A stretch of 34,765 nucleotides of DNA from Sphaerobacterales bacterium (GCA_040376155.1 JBEIRG010000003.1:1-34765); one strand, 5' to 3'. Counted from the first letter of the stretch, positions 8,825 to 18,774 are shown. The notes: generated by a model not told the origin, from the letters alone. A program made the numbers and translations.

Positions 8825-9505
8825 ATGAGCCCACGAAAGGCGCGTCCCGCGAAAACCCGTGCAGCCGATCCCCACACGGTTGATGCGCCGTGGCGGGTCT
8901 TTCTTGCCGCGCCAATGCCGTCCGAGGCGCGGGATGCCGCGGCTCGGGTGGTGGATGACCTCCGTCCCCTCGACTGGCCGGTACGGTGGACCAGCCAGGA
9001 GAACCTCCACCTGACGCTCCATTTTCTCGGGGAACAGCCGCGCGAGCGGGTGGAGTTGCTGCGGATGGGGCTTCCGCCGGTCGTGGCCGCGCACGACGCA
9101 TTCACCTTGCGGACCGGGAACCTCGGCGTCTTTCCAACGATCAAGCGCCCCCGCGTGCTGTGGCTCGGACTCCATGGCCCCGCCTACCGGCTCGAAGCCC
9201 TCTACGCGGCGCTCGGGGCGGCGCTGCGGGAACTCGACTTCGCGGTTGAAACGGAAGCGTTCCATCCCCACGTCACCCTTGGGCGCGTCCGGAACCAGGG
9301 GACGCCCAAGGTCGCCCTGCGCGACTTGCCCGATGTCATGAAACGCCGCCTTGCCGACCCCGCCAACGGGGTGATGGCGGGGCCGCCTGCCGTGTCGATT
9401 CCGGTCGATCAGGTCCAGTTGATCCGCTCCCACCAGAGCCATGAAGGCTCCCGCTACGAGGTCATTGCCGCCTTCCCCCTCGCCCGGCCGGAGGGGGCGG
9501 GATGA
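8825..9505 (+). CDS. thpR: RNA 2',3'-cyclic phosphodiesterase (2H phosphoesterase, 2'-5' RNA ligase family)
   Basis: RVFLA start, NLHLTLHFLGE and FHPHVTLGR 2H motifs, RPRVLWLG. Confidence 0.92.
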   Translation: MSPRKARPAKTRAADPHTVDAPWRVFLAAPMPSEARDAAARVVDDLRPLDWPVRWTSQENLHLTLHFLGEQPRERVELLRMGLPPVVAAHDAFTLRTGNLGVFPTIKRPRVLWLGLHGPAYRLEALYAALGAALRELDFAVETEAFHPHVTLGRVRNQGTPKVALRDLPDVMKRRLADPANGVMAGPPAVSIPVDQVQLIRSHQSHEGSRYEVIAAFPLARPEGAG

Positions 9506-10029
9506 CGGACGCCGCCCCGCGCGCTCGCCGCCTCCAGATCGCCGTCAGCGCGCCGGGGGACGCCGATCCTGCGGTTATGGCGCTTGCCGAGGCAGTCGGG
9601 CGAGAGATCGCGCAGCGGGGGTGCGTGCTGGTCTGCGGCGGGCTTGGCGGCGGGATGCGCGCGTCCTGCGCCGGGGCGAAAGCCGCGGGCGGGACGACGA
9701 TCGGCATCATCCCCGGCTACGAGGCGACGGCCGCGAACGAGCATCTCGATCACGTCATCAGCACCGGCATGGGGCAGGCGAGGAACACCCTCGTCGCGGC
9801 GAGCGGCGACGCGATGGTCGCGGTTGGCGGCGGGTTGGGCACGCTCTCGGAGATCGCGCTGGCATTGCGGTTGAACCGGCCGGTCGTCGCCCTCGGCGGG
9901 TGGGCGCCGATGCTCGCCACCCCGGAGGCGCGAGCGATGCTCGCCGGTCTGCCCGGTCGCCTCTCGCTGGCCGACAGCCCACAGGACGCGGTCCGCGAGG
10001 CCGTGCGGCTCGCGGCAGGGGCCGGCTGA
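9502..10029 (+). CDS. TIGR00725 / LOG-like (SLOG) nucleotide-binding protein
   Basis: LVCGGLGGGMRA, TIGIIPG, TGMGQARN, GGGLGTLSEIALA; ATGA overlap with thpR. Confidence 0.88.
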   Translation: MTDAAPRARRLQIAVSAPGDADPAVMALAEAVGREIAQRGCVLVCGGLGGGMRASCAGAKAAGGTTIGIIPGYEATAANEHLDHVISTGMGQARNTLVAASGDAMVAVGGGLGTLSEIALALRLNRPVVALGGWAPMLATPEARAMLAGLPGRLSLADSPQDAVREAVRLAAGAG

Positions 10030-10052
10030 TCGCGCAACCGGGTCCCGCCGCG

Positions 10053-11555
10053 TCAGGTCGCCGGGATGACCTCGGGCATCGGCGCTGACTCGGCGGGGGC
10101 GAGCGGGTCGATCTGCCGCGCGGCCCGCAGGCCGCTCTCGATGGCGCCCTCGACCCAGCCGCTCTTGAGGGTGGTGAAGTCGCCGGCGAAATGGATGCGA
10201 TCCTCGGGCCGGGTCCACTCGGCGATCATCCAGCCGCCTCCCGGCGGGAGATCGCCGAAGGACCCCTTGATCCACGGTTGCGCCAGCCAGTCGAAGGTCT
10301 CGGTGTGAATGACCTCGCCCAGGAGGCCCGGCATGTCGGCCTCGAACATGGCGACGAGATCCCGCTCGCGGGTTGCCGCCGGCATCGCGCGGTAGGCGTC
10401 CGAGTTCGGCCCATTCATATAGAAGAAGGTATTCCCGTGCCCACCCGGTTCGTTGCCGGTGATGTCGATCAGGCGTTCCCATGGGCGGTCTCCGCCCGCC
10501 ATTGGCCAGCCGTGCACGCCCTGCGTCAGCCATTGCGGCGTGCGGGTCTGGACGACCAGCTTGACGGTCCTGCTCCAGACCATCTCCTCCAACATCCTCG
10601 CCTTGCCCGCGGACCACGCGGGACGGACCTCGACCTCCGGGAGGACCGAGAAGGGAATGGTCGAAATGACCGCATCGCCCGCGAATTCGCGGCCACCTTC
10701 GGTGACGACGCGGACGCGCTCCCCGGTCTGGTCGATCAGGGTGACCGGAGCGTCCAGCACGACGCGGTCGCCGAGTTCCTCCGCGATCGCTTGCGGCAGC
10801 CGGTCGTTGCCGCCAGCGATGCGGTAGAGCGCCTGATCGCCGAAGTGGTAGGCGAGATCGCCCTCGATGGTGAGCGCGCTGGCGTCGCTTTCGAACAATC
10901 CGCCATGGGCGCTGAGCAGCTTGAGGAACATCTCCGAGCCGCCCGCGCTGAGGACCAGATCGGCGACGGTAAGCGGATCGAGGTGGGCGAGCATCTCCGG
11001 GTCAGGCCAGTTGGGGTCGATCACACTGGTATTGTCTATGTGATTGAGGAGCAGATAACGGTTCAGCGTCGCGGCGACCGTGACGTTGCGCTCATGCGGC
11101 AAGAGGTCCCACGGCCACGCGCCGGGACTCGCGCCGTCGCCGTACTTGCCATCGACGAGGTAGCGGGGGAGCCCATCGTTCATGCTGAGAATCGGCAGGT
11201 CGAACCTGAGGACGTAGTCCATCAGCGTGGTCATGTTGGCGCGGAAGTGGCCGCCGCCAGCCTCGGAGAACTGCCCATCCTGGAGCGGAATCGAGAGCAG
11301 CCGCCCCCCCACCCGGTTCTGGTGCTCGATCACCGTGACGTCATGCCCGCGGCGATGCAGCGCGAGCGCGGCGGTCAGGCCTGACATGCCGGCCCCCAGC
11401 ACCAGCACCTTCCGGGGGGAGGCCGCGTATGTGGTGGCAGAGGCCGTGTCCTGCGCTCGAGCCCGGATGAAGGGCGCGGTGGCGAGCCCCGCCCCGACGG
11501 CCCCGGCAAGCAGCGAACGTCGATTGATCGTGCGGTGGGAACGAGACGCCATCAT
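10053..11555 (-). CDS. Tat-exported FAD-dependent amine/amino-acid oxidase (flavin monoamine oxidase family)
   Basis: INRRSLLAG Tat motif and ARA cleavage site; VLGAGMSGLTAA, RVGGRL, IAGGNDRL, IHFAGDFT...GWVEGAIESG. Confidence 0.9.
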   Translation of the reverse strand: MMASRSHRTINRRSLLAGAVGAGLATAPFIRARAQDTASATTYAASPRKVLVLGAGMSGLTAALALHRRGHDVTVIEHQNRVGGRLLSIPLQDGQFSEAGGGHFRANMTTLMDYVLRFDLPILSMNDGLPRYLVDGKYGDGASPGAWPWDLLPHERNVTVAATLNRYLLLNHIDNTSVIDPNWPDPEMLAHLDPLTVADLVLSAGGSEMFLKLLSAHGGLFESDASALTIEGDLAYHFGDQALYRIAGGNDRLPQAIAEELGDRVVLDAPVTLIDQTGERVRVVTEGGREFAGDAVISTIPFSVLPEVEVRPAWSAGKARMLEEMVWSRTVKLVVQTRTPQWLTQGVHGWPMAGGDRPWERLIDITGNEPGGHGNTFFYMNGPNSDAYRAMPAATRERDLVAMFEADMPGLLGEVIHTETFDWLAQPWIKGSFGDLPPGGGWMIAEWTRPEDRIHFAGDFTTLKSGWVEGAIESGLRAARQIDPLAPAESAPMPEVIPAT

Positions 11556-11700
11556 CGGTTCTCCCGGCCGTTCGCAGCGACGAAGGTTGGCGCGACGATG
11601 AACCGCGCCCAGCCACCCGGGCAGGGCGGGTTCTCGAGGATTTGATCCGGTACGATAGCCGAATAGGGGTACAACAGCCATACCGTCACGGGAGAGCATC

Positions 11701-12927
11701 ATGAGCGACCGCGAGACCAGTCCCGGCCGTCCCGTCATGGGGCGCGCTACCCGCCGAGCCGCAATGGGCGGGCTTGCCGCGAGCGGGCTTGCGATGGCCG
11801 CGGCGGGCATCACCCGAAGCCGCGGCGCCTTCGCGCAGGAGGCCACGCCGGTGTCGGCTGCCGACGGCATGGCCCACGGGGATGCGCCTGCCCGTTTCGC
11901 GCCGGAACCGGGCGCGCCGCTGCTGGCGCGGAAGAGCGTCGCCGCGCTCACGCCGCAGGAGCGCACGGATTACGTGAATGCCGTGCTTGCCCTGAAACGG
12001 AAGCCCTCGCCGTGGGCGGATGGCCTCAGCGTCTACGACACCTTCGTGATGTGGCACCGGGATGCCTTCGGCTGCGCGGTAATGGCTGGTCACATGGGGC
12101 CGGCCTTCATGCCGTGGCACCGCGTGCTGCTGCGCCTGTACGAGGAGCAGCTGCGCGATGTCGATCCCGAGGTGACGCTGCCCTACTGGGACTGGACGGT
12201 GGACAATGGGACCGGGGCGCCGGTCTGGACGGACGACTTCATGGGTGGAAATGGCGACCCCGCCACGGGGATGGCCGTGACGACCGGGCCGTTCCGAAAG
12301 GGCGCGTGGGAGATTCAGATCTTCGATTACAACGACCGGGTGCGCTCGCCGTTCATCGTACGCGGGCTCGGTTCGGGGTTCCTGGCGACCGCCTTGCCGA
12401 CCGCCGAAGAAGTCGAGGCCGCGCTCGCCATCGAGACCTACGATGCCGCGCCGTGGAGCACGCTGGTCTCCGCAAAGCGGAGTTTCCGGCAGAATCTCGA
12501 GGGATGGCGCAACTGCGTGGAGGAAACGTGCGATCCGGAGAACGGCATGTCGCCCACCTGCACCGGCAGCCATGACCTGCACAACCGGGTCCATCTCTGG
12601 GTTGCAGGTGAGGCTGTGTTTGCCGAGGAGGGGCCTTCCGACGACGATCCCGCCGAGACCCCCTGCACGCATCCGGCGACCGACCTGATGGGAACGATGG
12701 CCTCCAACAGTTCGCCAAACGACCCGGTCTTCTGGCTGCACCACGCAAACATCGACCGAATCTACCAGATGTGGCTGGATCGCCACGGCCCGAACTATCA
12801 ACCCGTATCCGGCGGCCCATGGGGGCATAACCTGAACGATTCCATGTGGCCGTACAACCATATCGGGCTGCTCGCAAGCCCGGCGATGACCTTCAGCACG
12901 GAGGCGATGGGGTACCGGTACGAGTAG
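11701..12927 (+). CDS. Tat-exported tyrosinase (type-3 copper protein)
   Basis: ATRRAAMG Tat motif and AFA-QEATP; CuA WH...HMGPAFMPWHR, LPYWDWT; CuB HNRVH and SPNDPVFWLHHANID. Confidence 0.93.
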   Translation: MSDRETSPGRPVMGRATRRAAMGGLAASGLAMAAAGITRSRGAFAQEATPVSAADGMAHGDAPARFAPEPGAPLLARKSVAALTPQERTDYVNAVLALKRKPSPWADGLSVYDTFVMWHRDAFGCAVMAGHMGPAFMPWHRVLLRLYEEQLRDVDPEVTLPYWDWTVDNGTGAPVWTDDFMGGNGDPATGMAVTTGPFRKGAWEIQIFDYNDRVRSPFIVRGLGSGFLATALPTAEEVEAALAIETYDAAPWSTLVSAKRSFRQNLEGWRNCVEETCDPENGMSPTCTGSHDLHNRVHLWVAGEAVFAEEGPSDDDPAETPCTHPATDLMGTMASNSSPNDPVFWLHHANIDRIYQMWLDRHGPNYQPVSGGPWGHNLNDSMWPYNHIGLLASPAMTFSTEAMGYRYE

Positions 12928-12968
12928 GGGGTTCACCCCACGCTCAGGGCAATCATCGACCCGCGGAC

Positions 12969-12997
12969 TTGCCGCTACTACGGCGTAGCCGTAGTAT
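12969..12997 (+). promoter_or_regulatory. Sigma70-type promoter with overlapping palindromic operator (toxin-antitoxin operon)
   Basis: TTGCCG-17 nt-TAGTAT; perfect inverted repeat TACTACGGC-gta-GCCGTAGTA at 12976-12996. Confidence 0.7.
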
Positions 12998-13022
12998 GGT
13001 TTGAGGTGACAACGGAGCATCG

Positions 13023-13304
13023 GTGGACTTCGAATGGGATGCGGCGAAGGATGCGGCAAACCAGGAGAAACACGGCATCGCCTTCGCGAGAGCCGTGGCT
13101 GTGTTCACGGACCCGTTCGCGATCGACGAGGACGGCACGACTCCGGAACATGGCGAGAATCGCCGGAAGGCCGTCGGCCGGGTCGGCGCTGAGTTCGTGA
13201 CGGTGATCTATACGGACCGACCCAATGCACGCCGAATTCTTTCCGCCAGGAGGGCGCGTCGAAATGAGCGAGTCAAATACCATCAGGGTTCGGCTTCTGG
13301 ATGA
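13023..13304 (+). CDS. BrnT-family (DUF497) ribonuclease toxin
   Basis: FEWDAAKDAANQEKHGIAF...VF.DP, GENR, VIYT, RILSARRA; GTG start after GGAG. Confidence 0.92.
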   Translation: MDFEWDAAKDAANQEKHGIAFARAVAVFTDPFAIDEDGTTPEHGENRRKAVGRVGAEFVTVIYTDRPNARRILSARRARRNERVKYHQGSASG

Positions 13305-13677
13305 CGGCACGGTCTTGCAGATCCATGAGAACGGGACGTCGACGCCGGTCGTCGATACGAGCGACTGGGCGCGCGTGGCGGCGATGACCGAGGACGAAAT
13401 CGAGGCCAACGCCCTCGCCGACCCCGACAACCCTCCCATTTCTGACGAGGAACTCGCGCGGATGCGATGGTCGATGGACCCGCGTGCGGTGAGAGGCCGG
13501 CTGAATCTGACGCAGGAGCAATTCTCCGAACGTTTCCGGATTCCCCTCGGCACCCTGCGCGACTGGGAGCAGCAGCGAAAGGAACCCGAAGGGGCAGCCA
13601 AGGTCCTGTTGCAGGTGATTTCCGTCCACCCGGAGGCAGTCGTGGATGCGCTTCGGTACCGGCCGGTAGACAACTGA
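13264..13677 (+). CDS. Cognate antitoxin with C-terminal XRE/Cro HTH
   Basis: DWARVAAMTEDEIEANALADPDNPP N-terminal part; LNLTQEQFSERFRIPLGTLRDWEQQRKEP HTH; overlaps the toxin by 41 nt. Confidence 0.85.
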   Translation: MSESNTIRVRLLDDGTVLQIHENGTSTPVVDTSDWARVAAMTEDEIEANALADPDNPPISDEELARMRWSMDPRAVRGRLNLTQEQFSERFRIPLGTLRDWEQQRKEPEGAAKVLLQVISVHPEAVVDALRYRPVDN

Positions 13678-13825
13678 GCTCCGGTGCATCGTGTGTCCGA
13701 CGTTCGCAGACCTTGATCTGTAAAGGGTAATCGGTACCGGCAACATCGCAGGTGTGGTTGCGGCCCCGCCACCAACGGGTGATGTGGCCGTTTGATCCGG
13801 GTTCAGGTGGACCGGGAGGCCTGCC

Positions 13826-14623
13826 CTACGCCCCGCTGACCGGCGTTCCCGCCACGGGAGGCTCGATCGTCACCGGGGCGTCGAAGGCCGTGAGATCGAG
13901 GCGGCGGATGACGCCAGCGTCCTCGCCGGGGAAGATCGGGCCTTCGAGTTCGATCCGGCGTGGGCGGTTCATCGCGTCGAACCAGATCGAGGCGGGGAGC
14001 GGGTCGGGCACGAGGTTCGCGGGGAGCGCTCCATCCGTGGCGGCTCCGGCGGCGTCCGCGATGCGTCGAAGGTCGACGACGCCGTCGATCCGGCGCACCG
14101 GTTCGCCGTCGATGCTGCCGTCCGGGCCGAGGACCGGGTCGGTGAGGACCGAGAGGGCGGCGAGGAAGATCAGATCCGGGTTCGCGAGCAGGGCGAGGAT
14201 GTCGCCCGCGCCGGGGGAGTCCGCCTCCTCGCCGGAGGATGTCTCGATCCAGTCGTTCCCGCCGGAGCGGGGGTCGGACACCCAGAGGCGGTCTCCCACG
14301 CCGATCACGGTCACGGTGAGATCCATGATGGCGGCGGCAGTGGCCTCGATCCGGGCTTCGAATCGGTCGGGACGCAACACGTCGCCCTCGATGGCGCGCA
14401 GGGTGAGGGCGTTCAGCACGGAGGTGCGGCCCTGCGGGGTGGTCAGCGAGAAATGGAAGGAGGCGAGCGCCGCCAGAGCCTCCGCGCCGGCGCGGAGCAG
14501 GCCGGATGCATCCTGAGCGGCTGCGGCGCGGGGGCGCGTCGAGCGCCCGAGGCTGGCGAGCGCCGCGGCGACGAGGACTGCGCGGCGGGTGCGTGTGGCC
14601 GGGTCTGGAACGGGTGGTGTCAT
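13826..14623 (-). CDS. LppX/LprAFG-family exported lipid-carrier-like protein
   Basis: TRRAVL leader; LASFHFSL, IEGDVLRPDRFEA, C-terminal LTAFDAPVTIEPP typical of this family. Confidence 0.7.
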   Translation of the reverse strand: MTPPVPDPATRTRRAVLVAAALASLGRSTRPRAAAAQDASGLLRAGAEALAALASFHFSLTTPQGRTSVLNALTLRAIEGDVLRPDRFEARIEATAAAIMDLTVTVIGVGDRLWVSDPRSGGNDWIETSSGEEADSPGAGDILALLANPDLIFLAALSVLTDPVLGPDGSIDGEPVRRIDGVVDLRRIADAAGAATDGALPANLVPDPLPASIWFDAMNRPRRIELEGPIFPGEDAGVIRRLDLTAFDAPVTIEPPVAGTPVSGA

Positions 14624-14805
14624 CTGCGCTCCCGGGGGGATGGAAATGGCGGCGCCTCAGCCGCCGGCGCGCCCGGAACGGCGATGCAGGATCGCCGTAA
14701 TGGTAGCCGCGCCGCTGCCCCGGGAGTATGCTGCAAGCGAACAGGGGGTGGCCCCGCGCGCGGTCTGGCCGGCGGCGGCGGGCCGTCCCGCGACGGAGTT
14801 CTCGC

Positions 14806-16263
14806 ATGATTCCCACCATCGCATCCTCCCCGAGCGTCGTCGTGCTGGGCGGCGGCATTTCCGGGCTGGCCGCTGCGTACCGGGTGCTGCAACGCGCGCC
14901 GGGGGCGCGGGTCACCATTGTCGAGGGGGAATCCCGGCTTGGCGGAAAGATCGCCACCGAGCGGGGCGACGGTTTCCTGATCGAATCCGGGCCTGACTCC
15001 TTCCTCGCGGCGAAACCGCGCGGTGTGGGCTTGTGCGAGGAGCTCGGGCTGGGGCCGGAGTTGCAGGCCATCACCCCGCGACCGCACCGGGCGTACGTGT
15101 TGCGCGGGAGCCGGCTGCTCGAACTGCCGGAGGGCCTTACCGGGCTGGTGCCGACGAAACTCGGGCCGCTCGCGAAAACCCCGCTCCTCTCCCCGCGCGG
15201 CAAGGCGCGGATGGCGCTGGACTACGCCATCCCCGCCCGCACGGACGGGGAGGATGAGCCGCTCGGCGGGTTCATCCGGCGCAGGCTGGGGGACGAGGCG
15301 TGGGAGCGCCTCGTGGAACCGCTGATGGCGGGCATCTACGCCGGGGACGGCGACCTGCTCAGCGTGATGGCCACCTTTCCCCAGTTGCGGCAGGGGGAGG
15401 CCGCGCATGGTGGCCTCATCCGGGGCGTGCTGGCGGCGAAGGCGGCGAGCGCGGCGGGGTCCGGTCCCGCGAAACCGGCATTTCTCACGCCGCGCGAGGG
15501 GCTTGGCCGTCTGGTCGAGAGGTTGGAGGCGCGGCTTCGCGCGGCGGGCGTGGAGATCCGGTTGGGGGTCCCGGCGCGGCAGGTGCGGGAGCGGGCTGGG
15601 GGCGCGGAGGTCGTTCTGCGTTCGGGCGAGACACTGGCCGCCGATGCGGTGATCGTCGCGACGCAAGCGTGGGCGGCGGGGGAGTTGCTGGCCGGGGTGA
15701 GCGAACCGCTCGCCGCCGATCTTCGCGCGATTCCCTACGCGTCGAGCGCCATTGTCTCGCTGGCGTGGCCGCAGGCGGATGTGCCCCGCGTGCTGGAGGC
15801 GCATGGCTACCTGAATCCGAAGGTGGAGAACCGGGCCGCGCTGGCGTGCACGTGGACCTCGCAGAAATGGGCGGGCCGCGCGCCGGAGGGCCACGTGCTG
15901 ATGCGCATCTTCATCGGGCGTTTCGGGCGGGAGGAGTTGCTGGCCGGAGACGATTCCGACCTCGAGCGGATCGCGCGGGATGAAGTGCGGGAGCGGCTGG
16001 GCATCACCGCCGCGCCGGAACTGGCGCGGGTGCAGCGCTGGCCGCAGGGGATGCCGCAGTTCCTGCTCGGCCATCCGGAGCGGGTGGCGCGGATCGAGTC
16101 GGAGGCGGCCGGCATCCCGTGGCTGGCTATTGCCGGCAATGCCTACCGGGGCGTCGGGTTGCCGGACGCCATCGCGTCCGGGGAGGCGGCGGGGGAGCGG
16201 ATCGCCGCGCTGCTTCGCCGCCGGCAGGCCGGGGAACCCGCCGGGACGGGGGCCGGTCTGTAA
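14806..16263 (+). CDS. hemY: Protoporphyrinogen/coproporphyrinogen III oxidase
   Basis: VVVLGGGISGLAAAY, RLGGKI, IESGPDSF, LVEPLMAGIYAGD, RWPQGMPQF, GNAYRGVGLPDAI. Confidence 0.93.
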   Translation: MIPTIASSPSVVVLGGGISGLAAAYRVLQRAPGARVTIVEGESRLGGKIATERGDGFLIESGPDSFLAAKPRGVGLCEELGLGPELQAITPRPHRAYVLRGSRLLELPEGLTGLVPTKLGPLAKTPLLSPRGKARMALDYAIPARTDGEDEPLGGFIRRRLGDEAWERLVEPLMAGIYAGDGDLLSVMATFPQLRQGEAAHGGLIRGVLAAKAASAAGSGPAKPAFLTPREGLGRLVERLEARLRAAGVEIRLGVPARQVRERAGGAEVVLRSGETLAADAVIVATQAWAAGELLAGVSEPLAADLRAIPYASSAIVSLAWPQADVPRVLEAHGYLNPKVENRAALACTWTSQKWAGRAPEGHVLMRIFIGRFGREELLAGDDSDLERIARDEVRERLGITAAPELARVQRWPQGMPQFLLGHPERVARIESEAAGIPWLAIAGNAYRGVGLPDAIASGEAAGERIAALLRRRQAGEPAGTGAGL

Positions 16264-16427
16264 CGATCGTACAAATCATTCGCCCCGCATGGCGTGGTAC
16301 CCTCAGGGGACGGGAGCGCTGCCCGGTTGGCGTGGCCTCCCGTTCCTGTTTGATTGCCGTGCCGCCGCCGCCCGGGCGGTTCGATGCAGGCGCGCGCCGC
16401 GCCAGTTCCCGAGGAGCATCCTGTCTC

Positions 16428-18605
16428 ATGGTCAATGTCGTCGCGCGCCCCCAGATCGAACTCCCGGAGCGGATCTACCGGCTCGATGAACTCGGATCCA
16501 ACCTGTGGTGGTTCTGGCATCCCGACGCGGCGTGGCTGTACCGGAGTCTCGACCAGATTCTCTGGGATACGGTCGAGTGGAACCCGGTCCTCTTTCTCCG
16601 CTACGTCAACCCGGACCGCTTGCACGAGGCGGCGGAGGACCTCCATTACGGCGCGGTCTACGACCGGGTGATGGAGCGGTTCGACCGGCTCACGCAGGAT
16701 GCCAGCACGACCTCCTGGGTCGGCCGCAACGAGCCGACCCTGATCAGCAGGCCGGTCGGCTACTTCTCGGCCGAGTTCGGGCTCCATCCCTCGCTGCCGA
16801 TCTACTCCGGCGGTCTCGGCGTGCTGGCCGGGGATCACATCAAGACCGCCAGCGATCTCGGGCTGCCGCTCTTCGCGATCTCGCTGCTCTACCGGCAGGG
16901 GTATCTGCGACAGATGCTCGACGCCAGCGGGTGGCAGCAGGACGTCGTCGCCAACCTCGAGCCGTGGGCCGAACCGACCACCCTGATGCAGGGCAAGGAC
17001 GGGCGGCCGCTGATCGTCGAGGTGCCCTTCGAGGACCCGGCGAACCCGATCAAGCTCGCGATCTGGAGCGTGATGGTCGGACGCGTGCCCCTGTTCCTGC
17101 TCGATGCCGACGTCGAGGGCAACCCGGAGTGGACCCGGACGGTCTCCTCCCGGCTCTATGGCGGCGATGTGGAGCATCGGCTACGGCAGGAGATCATCCT
17201 CGGCATCGGGGGAGTCCGCGCGCTGCGCGCGGTCGGCCTGAAGCCTGCCTACTGGCACGCGAACGAGGGCCACGCCGCCTTCTCCATGCTGGAGCGGGTG
17301 CGCGAACTGGTGGCGGCGGGAGAGTCCTTCGACGACGCCGCCGAGCGGGTGAAGCGGACGACGGTCTTCACCAGCCATACCCCCGTACCCGCGGGGCACG
17401 ACGTCTTCTCCTACGAGTTGATGGACCGCTACTTCTGGCACTACTGGGGCCAGCTTGGACTCGACCGCGAGCAGTTTCTCGCGATCGGGCGACATGGCGC
17501 CCAGCCGAGCTTCAACATGACCGCGCTCTCGATGCGCCTCGCCGATCATCGCAACGCCGTGAGCGAGAAGCATGGCGAGGTCACCCGGCAGATGTGGCAC
17601 GATCTCTGGCCGGGCATCCCGGCCGATGATGCGCCGATTACGCACATCACCAACGGCGTCCACCTGCCGACCTGGATCAGCCCGGCCCACCAGGCGCTGT
17701 TCGACCGCTACCTCCCGGCCGACTGGCGCTACCGGCAGGAGGATCCCGAGGTGTGGGACGGGATCGCGAACATTCCCGACCGGGAGATGTGGGACCTGCA
17801 TCTTGCCGGCAAGAACGATCTGCTGGAGTACCTGCGCGAGTACACCCGGCGCCGCTGGGCGGGCGGGGAACTCGATCCGGGGCAGGTGATGGCCTCGGGG
17901 ATCTTCCTCGAGCCGGAGTTCCTGACCATCGGCTTCGCCCGCCGGTTCGCGACCTACAAGCGCGCAACGCTCATCTTCAGCGACATCAACCGCCTCGCCC
18001 GGATCGTGAACAACCCGGAGCGGCCGGTCCAGCTCGTCTTCGCCGGGAAAGCCCACCCTGCCGACGATGGCGGGAAGCACCTGATCCGGGACATTTACTG
18101 GAAAGCGCGCGATCCGCGCTTCAACGGCCGCATCGCCTTCGCGGAGAATTACGACATGGCGGTCGCCGCGAAGCTGTACGCCGGGGTGGATGTCTGGCTG
18201 AACAATCCGCGCGCGCCGCTGGAGGCGAGCGGGACCTCGGGCATGAAGGCGGCCGCCAACGGCGCGCCGAACCTGAGCATCCTCGACGGCTGGTGGATCG
18301 AGGGATGGGACGGTCAGGATGGCAACGGCTGGGGCATCCATCCGCACGTCGGCGATGAGGCCAGCCAGAACCGCGCCGAGGCCGAGGCGATCTACGACGC
18401 GATCGAGCATGACATCGTGCCACGTTACTATGATGGCTGGAGCGACCGCGGCGTGCCCGAGCGCTGGGTCGCGACCATGAAGGCGGCGATCCGCACCAAC
18501 GCCCCCGCCTTCAGCGCGCAGCGGATGGTGATCGACTACATCCGCAAGCTCTACCTGCCCGCGTCGCGCGGCGCGGAGCAGTCAGGCGAGAAAGCCTCCC
18601 GGTAG
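16428..18605 (+). CDS. glgP: Alpha-glucan (glycogen/maltodextrin) phosphorylase
   Basis: YFSAEFGL, YSGGLGVLAGDH, NEGHAAF, ITNGVH, FARRFATYKRA, PLP site EASGTSGMKAAANG; ATG after GAGGAG. Confidence 0.96.
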   Translation: MVNVVARPQIELPERIYRLDELGSNLWWFWHPDAAWLYRSLDQILWDTVEWNPVLFLRYVNPDRLHEAAEDLHYGAVYDRVMERFDRLTQDASTTSWVGRNEPTLISRPVGYFSAEFGLHPSLPIYSGGLGVLAGDHIKTASDLGLPLFAISLLYRQGYLRQMLDASGWQQDVVANLEPWAEPTTLMQGKDGRPLIVEVPFEDPANPIKLAIWSVMVGRVPLFLLDADVEGNPEWTRTVSSRLYGGDVEHRLRQEIILGIGGVRALRAVGLKPAYWHANEGHAAFSMLERVRELVAAGESFDDAAERVKRTTVFTSHTPVPAGHDVFSYELMDRYFWHYWGQLGLDREQFLAIGRHGAQPSFNMTALSMRLADHRNAVSEKHGEVTRQMWHDLWPGIPADDAPITHITNGVHLPTWISPAHQALFDRYLPADWRYRQEDPEVWDGIANIPDREMWDLHLAGKNDLLEYLREYTRRRWAGGELDPGQVMASGIFLEPEFLTIGFARRFATYKRATLIFSDINRLARIVNNPERPVQLVFAGKAHPADDGGKHLIRDIYWKARDPRFNGRIAFAENYDMAVAAKLYAGVDVWLNNPRAPLEASGTSGMKAAANGAPNLSILDGWWIEGWDGQDGNGWGIHPHVGDEASQNRAEAEAIYDAIEHDIVPRYYDGWSDRGVPERWVATMKAAIRTNAPAFSAQRMVIDYIRKLYLPASRGAEQSGEKASR

Positions 18606-18774
18606 CGGGCTCCGGCCGCCGACCGCGCGCCCCCCGCCGCCGCTGCCGCGGGCAAGGCACGTGGCAACCCGTTGCGCCGCTCGCCGGCGCAGCGGGTTTC
18701 GTGTTGCTCCCTGCCGTGCGGACGCGCCGGGCACTGCGGTCTCCGTGGCGGCCACGATCGGTCAATCGGGGGCA

